Source: Candidatus Eiseniibacteriota bacterium (GTDB lineage: Bacteria; Eisenbacteria; RBG-16-71-46). From it: a stretch of 45,716 bases of DNA. The notes below the pieces were generated by a model. It saw only the letters and a program-made list of their open reading frames with translations. It made no database searches and was not told the origin of the DNA. The position numbers and the translations under genes are program-made. The first letter of the stretch is position 1; the number at the start of each line of letters is the position of its first letter. The DNA lies in assembly GCA_038231135.1 (NCBI GenBank), contig JBBRLX010000035.1:1-45716 (forward strand). Reading direction: 5' to 3'. Positions 1 to 9,900 of the stretch are shown piece by piece.

Positions 1-501
1 GTTGTTCGAGCGACGTATACTGGAACATCGAAGCCTGAGTGTTGGTCGTGCCCATCATGGGAGAGGTCTCCTTCCTGGATACGTTCCAACCTACTCGCTC
101 CAGCGGCTCAAGTTCACCCCTTTTTCAGCAGCCTGCTAGGGGGAGCCAAGGTGCGTCGTTGAATCTTGGCATCCCCTCCGACTTTAGGCCCATTCATGTC
201 TCCACTCGCGGGATTAACCCAAGTGCTCTTTTGGCGCCCACCGAGCCCTCGGAAGAATTTGGAAGGCTGTGCAGAGCTTATGCCGAGCACAGCCATGTAG
301 CCAAAAGGGCAGGCCATAGGAGCATTGCGGGAAGGCCCCAAAAGGCCTCGAGAAGCCCCGCAGCCCCGAGGGCTTCGCGTGCAAGCACTGCTTGACGGCC
401 GTGGGGTGACCGGCAAGCGGCATCACCGGCGGCATCAGATTTTCCGCTTCGCTGGCGGCTCTCGATGCGAAGCATTGACGAAACGTTCGCGTCGGAAGCC
501 C

Positions 502-525
502 TACTCGGACAAATACTCGGACAAA
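502..525. repeat. Perfect 12-bp tandem direct repeat (TACTCGGACAAA x2), candidate integrase arm-type site
   Basis: tactcggacaaa at 502-513 and 514-525, about 45 bp from the tRNA-Leu 3' end. Confidence 0.75.
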
Positions 526-565
526 CGAAAGATCCGCGCCCGTAACTCCTTCCGAACGCGGATCT
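522..565 (-). terminator. Intrinsic terminator-like hairpin after tRNA-Leu
   Basis: Arms agatccgcg (530-538) and cgcggatct (557-565), extendable by G-U pairs on the minus strand, followed by TTCGTTT. Confidence 0.65.
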
Positions 566-569
566 GCAG

Positions 570-654
<85 letters not shown>

Positions 655-667
655 ATTCGAGTCGCTG

Positions 668-1123
668 CTACTTCTTGCCTCCGGTGCTCGGCGTGGGCGG
701 CGGCGGCTTGGTGCCGGTCGCGGGCGCAGGCGTGCCGCTCTTCGCGGGAACCGGAGCGCCTGTGGTCGCCGGGGCCGGTGTGCCGGCCGTCGGCGGCTGG
801 AGCCCGCCCTGCGGAATCGCACCGCCGGGCTGCGCCGGTGCGGTCGCGCCGGAGTGTCGCGCCTCGTTCTGGATCAGGCTGCGAGATCCGGTCGTGCCGC
901 TCGACATGAGCGCCAGTGTCATCGACGTTATGAAGAACGCGGCGCCGAGCCCCATCGTGGCCTTGGTGAAGAAGTCGGTGGCGCCACGGCCGCCGAATAC
1001 GGTCTGCGCCGAGCCGCCGAATGCGCCGCCCGCCAGTCCGCCACCCTTGCCGGATTGAACGAGCACGACGGACACGAGCGACAGGCAGATGATCATGTGC
1101 AGCACGAGCAGGAACGGGTACAT
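668..1123 (-). CDS. secG: Preprotein translocase subunit SecG with long Pro/Ala/Thr-rich C-terminal tail
   Basis: VLVQSGKGGGLAGGAFGG...TVFGGRGATDFFTKAT motif, two TM segments, tpiA-secG-tRNA-Leu synteny. Confidence 0.95.
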   Translation of the reverse strand: MYPFLLVLHMIICLSLVSVVLVQSGKGGGLAGGAFGGSAQTVFGGRGATDFFTKATMGLGAAFFITSMTLALMSSGTTGSRSLIQNEARHSGATAPAQPGGAIPQGGLQPPTAGTPAPATTGAPVPAKSGTPAPATGTKPPPPTPSTGGKK

Positions 1124-1177
1124 GCAATCCTCGAGGTTCTGGGTGCCAGGGACGTCCGGGCACCGAAGCGGCCGGAT

Positions 1178-1207
1178 ACCCTATCAACCGCGCCGGATCG
1201 GCGTCAA
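1178..1207 (-). promoter_or_regulatory. Candidate sigma70 promoter for secG-tRNA
   Basis: TTGACG-18 bp-TAGGGT on the minus strand. Confidence 0.4.
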
Positions 1208-1227
1208 CCGACTGGCGGATGCGGAGT

Positions 1228-2004
1228 TCAGCCCGCGGCCGCGGCCACCACGATCTTCCAGAACGACCCGGCGTCGAGTGCCGCGCCCCCCACCAGCGCG
1301 CCGTCGATGTGATCCTCGGCGAACAGGCTCGCGGCGTTGGCGGCGTTGACGCTGCCGCCATACAGGATCGCGATCCGTTCCCCGGCGCCCTGCCCGACCA
1401 CCCGGTCGAGCGTGGCCCGGATCACGCGATGGGCGTCGCGGGCCTGCTCGGGCGTGGCGACGCGCCCGGTACCGATCGCCCACACGGGCTCGTAGGCGAC
1501 CACCGTGTGGCCGGCGGCGTCCTCGCCCAGGCCTTCGTAGGCGGCCTGGATCTGGCGCACCAGCACGTCGGTCGTGCGGTCCGCTTCGCGCTCGGCGAGC
1601 GTCTCCCCCACGCACACGATCGGCAGCAGCGAGTCACGCTGCGCCGCGCGCAACTTGCGCGCGACCATGGCGTCGTCCTCGCCCATGCCGTGGCGGCGCT
1701 CGGAGTGCCCGACGATCACGCTCATGCAGCCCAGCGCGGTGAGCATCGTGCCCGACACCTCACCGGTGAACGCGCCCTGCGGCTCGGGGTGCAGGTTCTG
1801 GCCGCCGAGCTGAAGATTCGAGCCGCGCAGCGCGGCCCCCACCGATTCCAGCGCGGTGAACGGCGGACACACCACGATCTTCGCCTGCGGCCTGCCCCCC
1901 AGCAACTCGACCAGCTCGCGCGCCAGCGTCGCGCCCTCGCGGGCGGTCTTGTGCATCTTCCAATTGCCCGCGACGAGCCGCGGCCGGCGCGGCCACGCGG
2001 TCAC
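1228..2004 (-). CDS. tpiA: Triosephosphate isomerase
   Basis: AGNWKM, GHSERR, YEPVWAIGTG, LYGGSV, GALVGGA. GTG start overlaps the pgk stop (GTGA). Confidence 0.97.
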   Translation of the reverse strand: MTAWPRRPRLVAGNWKMHKTAREGATLARELVELLGGRPQAKIVVCPPFTALESVGAALRGSNLQLGGQNLHPEPQGAFTGEVSGTMLTALGCMSVIVGHSERRHGMGEDDAMVARKLRAAQRDSLLPIVCVGETLAEREADRTTDVLVRQIQAAYEGLGEDAAGHTVVAYEPVWAIGTGRVATPEQARDAHRVIRATLDRVVGQGAGERIAILYGGSVNAANAASLFAEDHIDGALVGGAALDAGSFWKIVVAAAAG

Positions 2005-3209
2005 GCGGACACCGCATCGTCGAGCGCGGCGACGCCGGGCAGCACCTTGCCCTCGAGCAGCTCCAGCGACGCGCCGCCGCCGGTCGACACGTGCGAGAAC
2101 TGGCCGGTGAGCCCGGCCTCCTGCACCGCCGCGACGGAATCGCCGCCGCCCACGATCGTCACCGCGCCGCGCCCGGTGGCCTCGGCGCAGGCCCGCGCGA
2201 CGGCCATCGTGCCCGCGGCGAACGCTGGCACCTCGAAGATTCCCATCGGCCCGTTCCACACCACGGTCTTGGCGTCGGCCAGCGCGGTCGCGAACCTGCG
2301 GACGGTCGCGGGCCCGATATCCACGCCCATCTCGGCGGCGCCGATCGTGCTGATGGGACGGACGACGCCGGGCGCCGAGCCGTCGGGCGCCGTGGACGCC
2401 ACGCAGTCGACCGGCAGCTGCAGCTCGACGCCGCGCCGCTGCGCCTCCGCCAGCACCTCCTTCGCCATCTCGATGCGGTCCGGCTCCACGAGCGAGCGGC
2501 CGACGGACTTTCCCTGGGCGGCGTAGAACGTGAACATCATGGCCCCGCCCACCAGCAGCTTGTCGACCTTGCCGAGCAGCGCGGTGATCACGTCGATCTT
2601 GCCCGAGATCTTGGCGCCGCCGAGGATCGCGACAAACGGCCGCTGCGGCTGCTCGAGCGCACTGCCGAGGAACTCGAGCTCCTGCTCCATCAGGTAGCCG
2701 GCGACCGCCGGGTGCAACAGATGCGCGACGCCCTCGGTCGACGCATGGGCGCGGTGCGCCGATCCAAACGCGTCGTTCACGTAGACGTCGCCCAGCGCCG
2801 CGAGCTGGCGGGCGAACGCGGGATCGTTCTGCTCCTCCTCCTTGTGGAACCGCAGGTTCTCGAGCAGCAGCACGTCGCCATCGGCGAGCCGGCGCGACGC
2901 GGCCTCGGCCGCGGGCCCCACGCAGTCGTCGGACCACGCCACCGGGCGCCCCAGCAGCGATTCCAGCAGGACGCGCACGGGCGCCAGCGAATACCGGGGA
3001 TCGGGCCCGCCCTTGGGGCGGCCGAGATGCGACATCAGCACCACGCGGCCGCGGCGCTCGATGAGATCGCGGATCGTCGGCAGCGACGACTCGATGCGCG
3101 TGGCATCGGTGATCGCGCCATGCTCGATCGGCACGTTGAAGTCCACGCGGGTCAGCACGCGTTTACCGGCGCAGTCGAGCGTGCGCACGCTCTGCTTGGC
3201 GAAGCTCAC
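2001..3209 (-). CDS. pgk: Phosphoglycerate kinase
   Basis: RVDFNVP, SHLGRP, LLENLRF, NDAFGSAHRAH, WNGPMGIFE, STGGGASLE. GTG start with GGAG RBS. Confidence 0.97.
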   Translation of the reverse strand: MSFAKQSVRTLDCAGKRVLTRVDFNVPIEHGAITDATRIESSLPTIRDLIERRGRVVLMSHLGRPKGGPDPRYSLAPVRVLLESLLGRPVAWSDDCVGPAAEAASRRLADGDVLLLENLRFHKEEEQNDPAFARQLAALGDVYVNDAFGSAHRAHASTEGVAHLLHPAVAGYLMEQELEFLGSALEQPQRPFVAILGGAKISGKIDVITALLGKVDKLLVGGAMMFTFYAAQGKSVGRSLVEPDRIEMAKEVLAEAQRRGVELQLPVDCVASTAPDGSAPGVVRPISTIGAAEMGVDIGPATVRRFATALADAKTVVWNGPMGIFEVPAFAAGTMAVARACAEATGRGAVTIVGGGDSVAAVQEAGLTGQFSHVSTGGGASLELLEGKVLPGVAALDDAVSA

Positions 3210-3220
3210 GTCGGCTCTCC

Positions 3221-4222
3221 TCACGCCAGCCTGAGCAGCGCGTCGACCATGCGGTTCGAGAAGCCCCACTCGTTGTCGTACCACGACAGCACCTTGATCA
3301 GCGAGCCTTCCATCGTCATGGTCGACAGCGAATCGAACACGCTGCTGTGCGGGTTGCCCACCACGTCCATCGATACGATCGGGTCCTCGCAATACTCGAG
3401 GATGCCACGCAGCGGGCCCTGGGCCGCGGCCTGGATCGCGCCGTTCACCGCCGCCTTGTCGGCCGGGCGCTTGAGCTTCGCCACCAGGTCGACGAGCGAG
3501 CCGTCCATGACCGGCACGCGCACCGAGATGCCGTCGAGCTTGCCCTTCATCTCGGGCATCACCTCGCCGATCGCCTTCGCGGCACCGGTCGAGGTCGGAA
3601 TCATGCTGACCCCCGCCGCCCGCGCGCGCCGGAGGTCCTTGTGCGGCAGGTCCAGCAGATGCTGGTCGTTGGTGTAGGCGTGGATCGTGGTCATGTAGCC
3701 GTGCTCGATGCCGAACGTGTCGTTCAGCACCTTCACCACCGGAGCCAGGCAGTTCGTCGTGCACGAGCCGACGCTGACGACCGTGTGCGAATCCTGGAGC
3801 AGGTGATCGTTGACGCCGATCACGAACGTCAGGTCCGCGCCCTTGGCGGGCGCCGACACCAGCACCTTGCGGGCGCCGGCGGTAATGTGGGCGGCGGCCG
3901 CCGAGCGCTCGGTGAAGCGGCCGGTGGCTTCGATCACGACATCGACGCCGAGCGCCTTCCACGGCAGCTTCGACGGGTCCTTTTCCGCCAGCACCTTGAT
4001 CTCGTCGCCCCCCACCACGAGGTTGCCGCTCACATGGGGCTTGCTGGCGCAGTCCTGCCAGATGCCGTGGACGCTGTCGTAGCGCAGCAGGTGCTGCAGC
4101 GTCGCGGCATCGGTGAGATCGTTGACGGCCACGAACTCGATCCCGGCCTGGCGCTGCCGGGCGGCGCGCACCACGAGCCGTCCGATGCGGCCAAATCCGT
4201 TGATCGCAACCTTGAGGGCCAT
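3221..4222 (-). CDS. gap: Type I glyceraldehyde-3-phosphate dehydrogenase
   Basis: INGFGRIGR, SCTTNCL, SWYDNEWG. AAGGAG RBS. Confidence 0.98.
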   Translation of the reverse strand: MALKVAINGFGRIGRLVVRAARQRQAGIEFVAVNDLTDAATLQHLLRYDSVHGIWQDCASKPHVSGNLVVGGDEIKVLAEKDPSKLPWKALGVDVVIEATGRFTERSAAAAHITAGARKVLVSAPAKGADLTFVIGVNDHLLQDSHTVVSVGSCTTNCLAPVVKVLNDTFGIEHGYMTTIHAYTNDQHLLDLPHKDLRRARAAGVSMIPTSTGAAKAIGEVMPEMKGKLDGISVRVPVMDGSLVDLVAKLKRPADKAAVNGAIQAAAQGPLRGILEYCEDPIVSMDVVGNPHSSVFDSLSTMTMEGSLIKVLSWYDNEWGFSNRMVDALLRLA

Positions 4223-4322
4223 GGGAACTCTCCTTGTTCGGGGATCTGGCGGACACGGACACCGCGGGCGGGCTGAACGGGGTGCCGTGATTCGAGTGCG
4301 TGCGAGGAGCCAAAACCGTCCG

Positions 4323-4352
4323 ACTATGACCCACGGGATTCCGCAGGGTCAA
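4323..4352 (-). promoter_or_regulatory. Candidate sigma70 promoter for gap-pgk-tpiA
   Basis: TTGACC-18 bp-CATAGT about 100 bp upstream of gap. Confidence 0.45.
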
Positions 4353-4502
4353 CTCGCAGGGACGTGGGGCCGCGTTGCGGCTGCGTCGAGATTGCATCGC
4401 GAAGGCGCGTCGCAGGTGCTGCGGGGGTGCAACGCCGGGCGCATACCACGCTGTCACGGCCGCACGGGCACCGGCGGCGCCCCAGGGAACCCGGCGCGGC
4501 CG

Positions 4503-5981
4503 CTACTCGGTGGAGTAGCGCAGCGTGTATTCCCCGAGGCCCTGCTCGTCGACGAACAGGAACACCAGGCGCTTGCGGTGCGCGCGCTGGTCGTTGGGGT
4601 CGGCGTCGACGGGCGGCGCGATGTCGCCTTCGTAGATCCACACTTCGAACGGGCGCATGTCGCCGACCAGCCCCTTCTTCTCGACGTCGCCGACCGGCCG
4701 GTCCTCGTTCTGCTGGATATCCGCCAGCGCCTGGGTCAGCGTGTTGTCGCCCGATGGGATCACCTGTTTCAGGATCTCGCTCGGCTCGCCATACCGGATG
4801 AACGTGCGGCCCATGTCGGTGAGCATGCCGGGCGTGAGCTTGAGGATTCCATAGGTGTGATTCGCGATGGCCACGCGGCTGCGGAACGTCTCCAGCGCCT
4901 CGTTGAGCGCGGTGCCGGGCGTGGGGTCGCGCCGGCGCCAGAATTCGTCGAGCACCTGCTCCTGCTCGCCGGGTTGCATGCGGAAGAACGCGTCTTCGTC
5001 GTCGGGCTGCAGCAGCAGGTGCACGGCGTCCTCGACGTCGCGCGGATTGCGGAACCACGAGTCCGACTCCCAGGCGATGCTGAACCGCGCGGTGCGCACC
5101 GCGGGCTGGGGGTCGCCGTCACGGCCGGCGCGCACTTCGAGCTGATAGCCGCCGGCACGTTCGTGGACGAGATCGAACGTGACCTCGGCGTCCAGCGGCC
5201 CCGGGGTGGACTCGGTGCTGTCGCGCGACGCCACCACCTGACCCGCGGAATCGAGCACGCGCGCGGTCCAGTGCCACGGCCGCGTGTCGCCGGAGTCGCG
5301 CGCGGAGAACCAGGCGTGAAGATCGTTCGCGTGCAGGCCGTACAGCCGCTCGGGATTGGGCACCACCTCCCGGCCGCCGTGGCGGAACGATCCCGAGCGC
5401 GCGCCCTCGCCGGGCCATACGAACTCGAGGTCCGACAGCTCGGGGCCGTGCTTCGGCACCGTGATCGGGAACTCGCCCTCGACGTGGCCGCTCTCGACCA
5501 CCTTGCGTCCGGTGTAGATCAGGCCGCGCTTGCGGGATCGCTGGTCCTCGAGCCGCACCCCCAGCTTCTGCGGGCCCGGGTGCGCCGGGTACCGGAGCAT
5601 GACGACGTGGCCGAAATCGCGCGCCGAATCCGCCGGGGCGATCTCGAATTCGTGCGTCTGTTCCACGGTACGGCCGGAATAGCCGCTCCGCAGCCGTGTG
5701 ATCAGGCGCAACCGCCCGGTCGAGAGTGAATCCACGGTGAGCGCCGCGAGCGTCGCGGGCGGGATGCGCACGTACACCTCGAGCGCCCGGCCCGCGCTGT
5801 CGGGGACCATCGCAGCGTCGACGGTGAACCCAACGCGGCCGCCGACCCGCCACGGCAACGGCCCGGGACCCTCGTCGGGGTGGGCGGCGAGCGCCGGCAG
5901 GGCAGAGCCGACGAGCGCCAGCAGCCCCAGGCCCGCAAACAGGCGACGCGCTCCCCTGAGGGAGCGCGTCGCCAGGACCAT
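4503..5981 (-). CDS. GWxTD domain-containing secreted/periplasmic protein
   Basis: N-terminal signal peptide, then FWRRRDPTPGT-x-LNE...RVAIAN...GMLTDMGRTFIRYGEP...EVWIY...FLFVDEQGLGEY, matching the GWxTD domain pattern. Start placed at ATG 5981; the upstream part of the ORF track overlaps porV. Confidence 0.85.
   Translation of the reverse strand: MVLATRSLRGARRLFAGLGLLALVGSALPALAAHPDEGPGPLPWRVGGRVGFTVDAAMVPDSAGRALEVYVRIPPATLAALTVDSLSTGRLRLITRLRSGYSGRTVEQTHEFEIAPADSARDFGHVVMLRYPAHPGPQKLGVRLEDQRSRKRGLIYTGRKVVESGHVEGEFPITVPKHGPELSDLEFVWPGEGARSGSFRHGGREVVPNPERLYGLHANDLHAWFSARDSGDTRPWHWTARVLDSAGQVVASRDSTESTPGPLDAEVTFDLVHERAGGYQLEVRAGRDGDPQPAVRTARFSIAWESDSWFRNPRDVEDAVHLLLQPDDEDAFFRMQPGEQEQVLDEFWRRRDPTPGTALNEALETFRSRVAIANHTYGILKLTPGMLTDMGRTFIRYGEPSEILKQVIPSGDNTLTQALADIQQNEDRPVGDVEKKGLVGDMRPFEVWIYEGDIAPPVDADPNDQRAHRKRLVFLFVDEQGLGEYTLRYSTE
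5942..5973 (-). terminator. Perfect 14-bp-stem hairpin (terminator/attenuator-like)
   Basis: ggcgacgcgctccc-ctga-gggagcgcgtcgcc, followed by TGTTT on the minus strand. Confidence 0.55.
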
Positions 5982-6010
5982 CGTTGCCTGTAGCGGTGCC
6001 GTGACCGGCC

Positions 6011-6964
6011 TCAGAACAGGAATTTGAGCGAGATGCGGTGCGCGGCGCCCAGATCCTTCATGTCGGTGTAGGCATAGTCGAGATCCGCCATGCCGGCCAC
6101 GGACACGGGAAAGTGGAAACCGACACCCCCGGCGAGCCCTTCGGCGTCGTAATTGATGTTGTAGCCGCCGCGCAGGAACAGGTAGCGGTGGAACGAGTAC
6201 TCCCCGCCCACGTTCATGCGCTCGGAGTTGTCGGGCGGATGCGAGAACTCGAACGAACCGATCAGCTTCTGGTTGGCGTTCTGAATCAGGTTCACCGAGG
6301 TCCCGACGCGGAAGATCGACGGGATCCGCGCCTCGCGGTCGATGAACTTGACCTGCGAGCCGATGTTCGAGATCGCCATGCCGATCTTCATTCCCAGCGT
6401 GCCGACGTCGTACAGCGTCCCGATGTCGAACGCGAACGTCTGCTGGGACAGGTCGGCGAGCCCCTCGTGAATCAGGTTGCCCGTCACGCCGGCGCTGAAC
6501 TTGTCCGTGAACGACCGCGCGTAGGTGATGCCCGCGGTCATCATGCCCGCGTCGAACGTGTTCCCGGTACCGACGTTCGGATCGGGCTGGTACGCCGTGG
6601 TCTCCACCATCGGAGCCATCGACAGCGAACGCGCGTGAATGCCGAACGCGCCCGGGATGCGCTTGATATGGAACACGTAGCCGACCTGGTCGAACGACAG
6701 GTCCGCCGGCCAGTTGGCGTGGTTGATCGACAGTTCGGACTTGTCGGGATCGATGCGGGCGATGCCGGCGGCGTTCCAGAACAGCGACGACGCGTCGTCG
6801 GCCACGCCGACGAACGCTCCACCCATGGCTTCGGCCCGGGCGCCGACGCCAATCTTGAGGAACTGTCCGTCGAAGGTGCCCACCTTCTCGAAGATATTGG
6901 CCGCGAGCGACACCCCGGGCAGCAGCAGCGCCGCGAGTGCCAGCGCCCAAGCGGTTCTTTTCAC
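6011..6964 (-). CDS. PorV/PorQ-family (UPF0164-like) outer-membrane beta-barrel
   Basis: Signal peptide; QFLKIGVGARAEAMGGAFVGVADDASSLFWNAAG; LFLRGGY; DYAY...LG..HRISL..F C-terminus; AAGGAGG RBS. Confidence 0.9.
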   Translation of the reverse strand: MKRTAWALALAALLLPGVSLAANIFEKVGTFDGQFLKIGVGARAEAMGGAFVGVADDASSLFWNAAGIARIDPDKSELSINHANWPADLSFDQVGYVFHIKRIPGAFGIHARSLSMAPMVETTAYQPDPNVGTGNTFDAGMMTAGITYARSFTDKFSAGVTGNLIHEGLADLSQQTFAFDIGTLYDVGTLGMKIGMAISNIGSQVKFIDREARIPSIFRVGTSVNLIQNANQKLIGSFEFSHPPDNSERMNVGGEYSFHRYLFLRGGYNINYDAEGLAGGVGFHFPVSVAGMADLDYAYTDMKDLGAAHRISLKFLF

Positions 6965-6989
6965 TCTTGATCCCTCCTTCGAACCCGCG

Positions 6990-9900
6990 CTAACGGATCA
7001 CCACGAACCGACCGCGCTGGGTGCCTTCCTTCGATTCGACCGTGAACACGTAGATGCCGCTCACGACGTCCTGTCCGTTGCGGGAAATCAGATTCCACCG
7101 CGCCTGGCCATCGTTCGGATTGTCCTGCTGCCGGTTGTATCCCGGAAGCTGGCTGCCGTTGGGCTGGATGACCACCGGACGCACGGATTCGTTGACGGAG
7201 TCCGTGGACTTGATCACCGCCACCAGATCGCCCGACACGGTGTAGATTCGGATCGTCCACTGACTCGGCGGCAGACCCAGGAAGTCGATGTGCGTTCCCG
7301 TCGGGTCGGACGCGTTCGGCGTCAGATCCCACGACGACGGCCGCAGTGCGATGTTCGAGTAGCCGCGGTAGGGATTGGGCACCACCCACACGCCCTTGCC
7401 CTTCTTCGTACCCACCTGCGGCACCACGCCTTCGGCTTCGACGGCCGAGCGCCTGCCCCCCAGTTCGGTCGTACGGTTCAGGCTGGTCGTGGAATCGAAT
7501 GCGGTCACGGAATAGAAGTACATGAACCCGTTCTTCACCTCGTGGTCGACATACTTGTATTCGCCGATGGCGAACCGTTCCCGGGTCTCGCGATTGCTCG
7601 GAGTGTCGCACGGGTTGCGATGCACGATGCAGCCGTCGACGGCGGAGCAGTCACCCAGGCTGTCCTTGATGCAACCCAGCGTCGTATCCGGATGGAGGAT
7701 CTCGCCGCTCTGGCGGTCCCACAGGTCGCCGCGCTGGAGGCAGATCGGCACGGTCGCCGGACCACGAACATGCGTCACCGGATCGAGGTAGTTCGGGAAG
7801 AACACCTTGGGACACACGGTGTCCGGAACGGCCAGTGTCGAGTCGATGTACTTGTTGTTCGGGATCAACTGGTTGTGCTGATCGCGGTAATAGAACTGCC
7901 GGAACTCTCCGACCAGCGTCCAGTCCGCTTCGCTCGGGCCGGCGGATCCGACAGGCCGCTTCCAGTCCGCCACCTTCCAGATCCGGTACCCGCGGAAGTC
8001 GAACCACTGGGACTTGGGATCTGCCGTGACTTCGGACAGATTGTCCCAGGCGAGCGTCACCGTGTTGTCGCCCGCCGGCGCGATGTTCCGATCGGGATTC
8101 GCGCTGTAGTTGTAACGCGACGCCACGTTCAAATTCGGATTCGGCGGCGGCGCCTCGGCATTCCACGTCTTGTGGAACAACCCGCCGACCCGCGGATTCG
8201 ACGCACCGAGATTGGAGTCCCATACGCCGGTGCAATAGCTGCAATCGAAGTCGAACCACGTGGGCTCGCGATCCGTCACCTCGCGCGTGCGGCCGAGCTG
8301 GACGTCGCGGCAGTCGGCGAGGAACACCGGCGGCTCGCCGGGCTTGAGCTGGCGCGGGGTCTCGCGGCCATGGTAGTCCGGGGTGCGGAACCCTTCCCGA
8401 CGCTCGTTCACGCCCTCGTAGGCCAGCTGCACGTTGAACGCGTTCAGCAGCGCCGGGTATTCGTTGAACAGCTCGTTGGCCCGTTCGTTCTTGAGGACCG
8501 CCGGACCGTCCCGATACGCCCCGTACTTGGCGGGCCACTGCAGCATTTCCTGGTAGGTGCCCTTCTGGACCGCGAACGCGACCGTCGCGGTCACACTCTG
8601 ACCGTCGGCAACATTGAGGAACGGACCGATCGAACTCCAGGTGATGTAGTCGCCCTTCTGGTCCCCCGGCAGCTTGTTGATGAACCCATCGTCGCCGATG
8701 TTCTCCTTGCTCGACATGAACTCGTAACGCTGCTGGTCGATGACCGGGTTGCCGCCCTGCACGTACGGCGTGCCGCCCGTGAACGAACGGAAGGCCCGGA
8801 ATCCGACGCGCGCCGGGGCCGTCTCGCCGGTCGGATCGGTGGTGTGATTGACGAGCAGGAACGAACCCACGCCCGGGGTTCGGCCATTGTCGCCGTTGTC
8901 GTCGATCACGGAGAAGCCGTTGATCCGCAGCGTGTCCACGGGACACAGCGCCGAATCCTTGGGAAACGCGTTGTTGAGCTGGGAGTCATGAGGCTGCTGC
9001 CGGCGTTCCGGATCGACCAGCTGACCCGGCGACGAGCCGACCTGGATCAGGTACTCGCCCTGGGGGAACGTCGGGACGTCGAAGTCGTCGGCGAAGAAGT
9101 TCGAGATGTCGATGGGACCCGAGTCGATGTCCACGAGCCACCCGACGTACATGCTGTCGAGCGTGTGGCCGGAGCGGTTGAAGATCTGGTACTCGATCAC
9201 ATCGAAGTCCTGGAAGCCTTCGATCGAATAGGCCCAGGCCTTCTCGCGGCATTCGAGACCGAGCGGGACGTGCTTCTCGTTGAACACCGAGTTCACCGCC
9301 TGGATCGTGTTGTCCCACATCACCAGCGAATACATCTCCTGACCGAGCGCGCCGTAGTCCTCGTCGATCAGCCCATCGCCGTCGTTGTCACGACCGTCGA
9401 GGAAGTCCTCGTCGATCTTGGGGCACGGCGGATTGTCGCAGCCGAACGGGTTCGTGTTGTCGAAGTCGCCGTCGTCGTTGACGTACCGGGCACCGTTGAC
9501 GATGCCGTCGTAGGCCCGGTAGATCTTGTCCTGGGGCTCCAGCGTCTCGGGCCGCCATTCGAGCAGGTAGCTCACCCGGCGGATCCCCGCGGGATCGGTG
9601 GCGCCCGGGTTCACGGCGCCCACCGCGAGCCGGATCGAACTCAGGTATTCGATCCCCGAGGCGCCGGGCCACTGGCCGCTCGGATCCGTCGACAGCTGCG
9701 TGAACAGGTTTCCGCAGTGCCCCCAGTTCGTCACCTTCATGTGGACGTTGCCGACCCTGAGCACTGCGCCCGGACCGAACACATCCGGCAGATCCGCCGG
9801 CTGCACGCGTCCGTTGCCGCCGGTCGGATGGAAGTACTCCGGCAGCGCCGCCTTGAGCTTGGCCAGGTCGTAGCCATCGGGATCGACCTTGCCGGGGAAC

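Noticed and set aside
352..376. gaagccc…gggcttc hairpin as a terminator
   Set aside because: Short stem, no U-tract and no supported upstream gene.
502..525. CRISPR array
   Set aside because: Only two adjacent 12-bp units, no spacers and no cas genes. No array seen anywhere in the window.
3210..4457. Long N-terminal extensions in the ORF track for pgk (also tpiA, GWxTD, TBDR, PMM, nadD, rimO, ABC permease)
   Set aside because: They overlap upstream genes in other frames. True starts are marked by RBSs or ATGA/GTGA overlaps, so these are not fusions.
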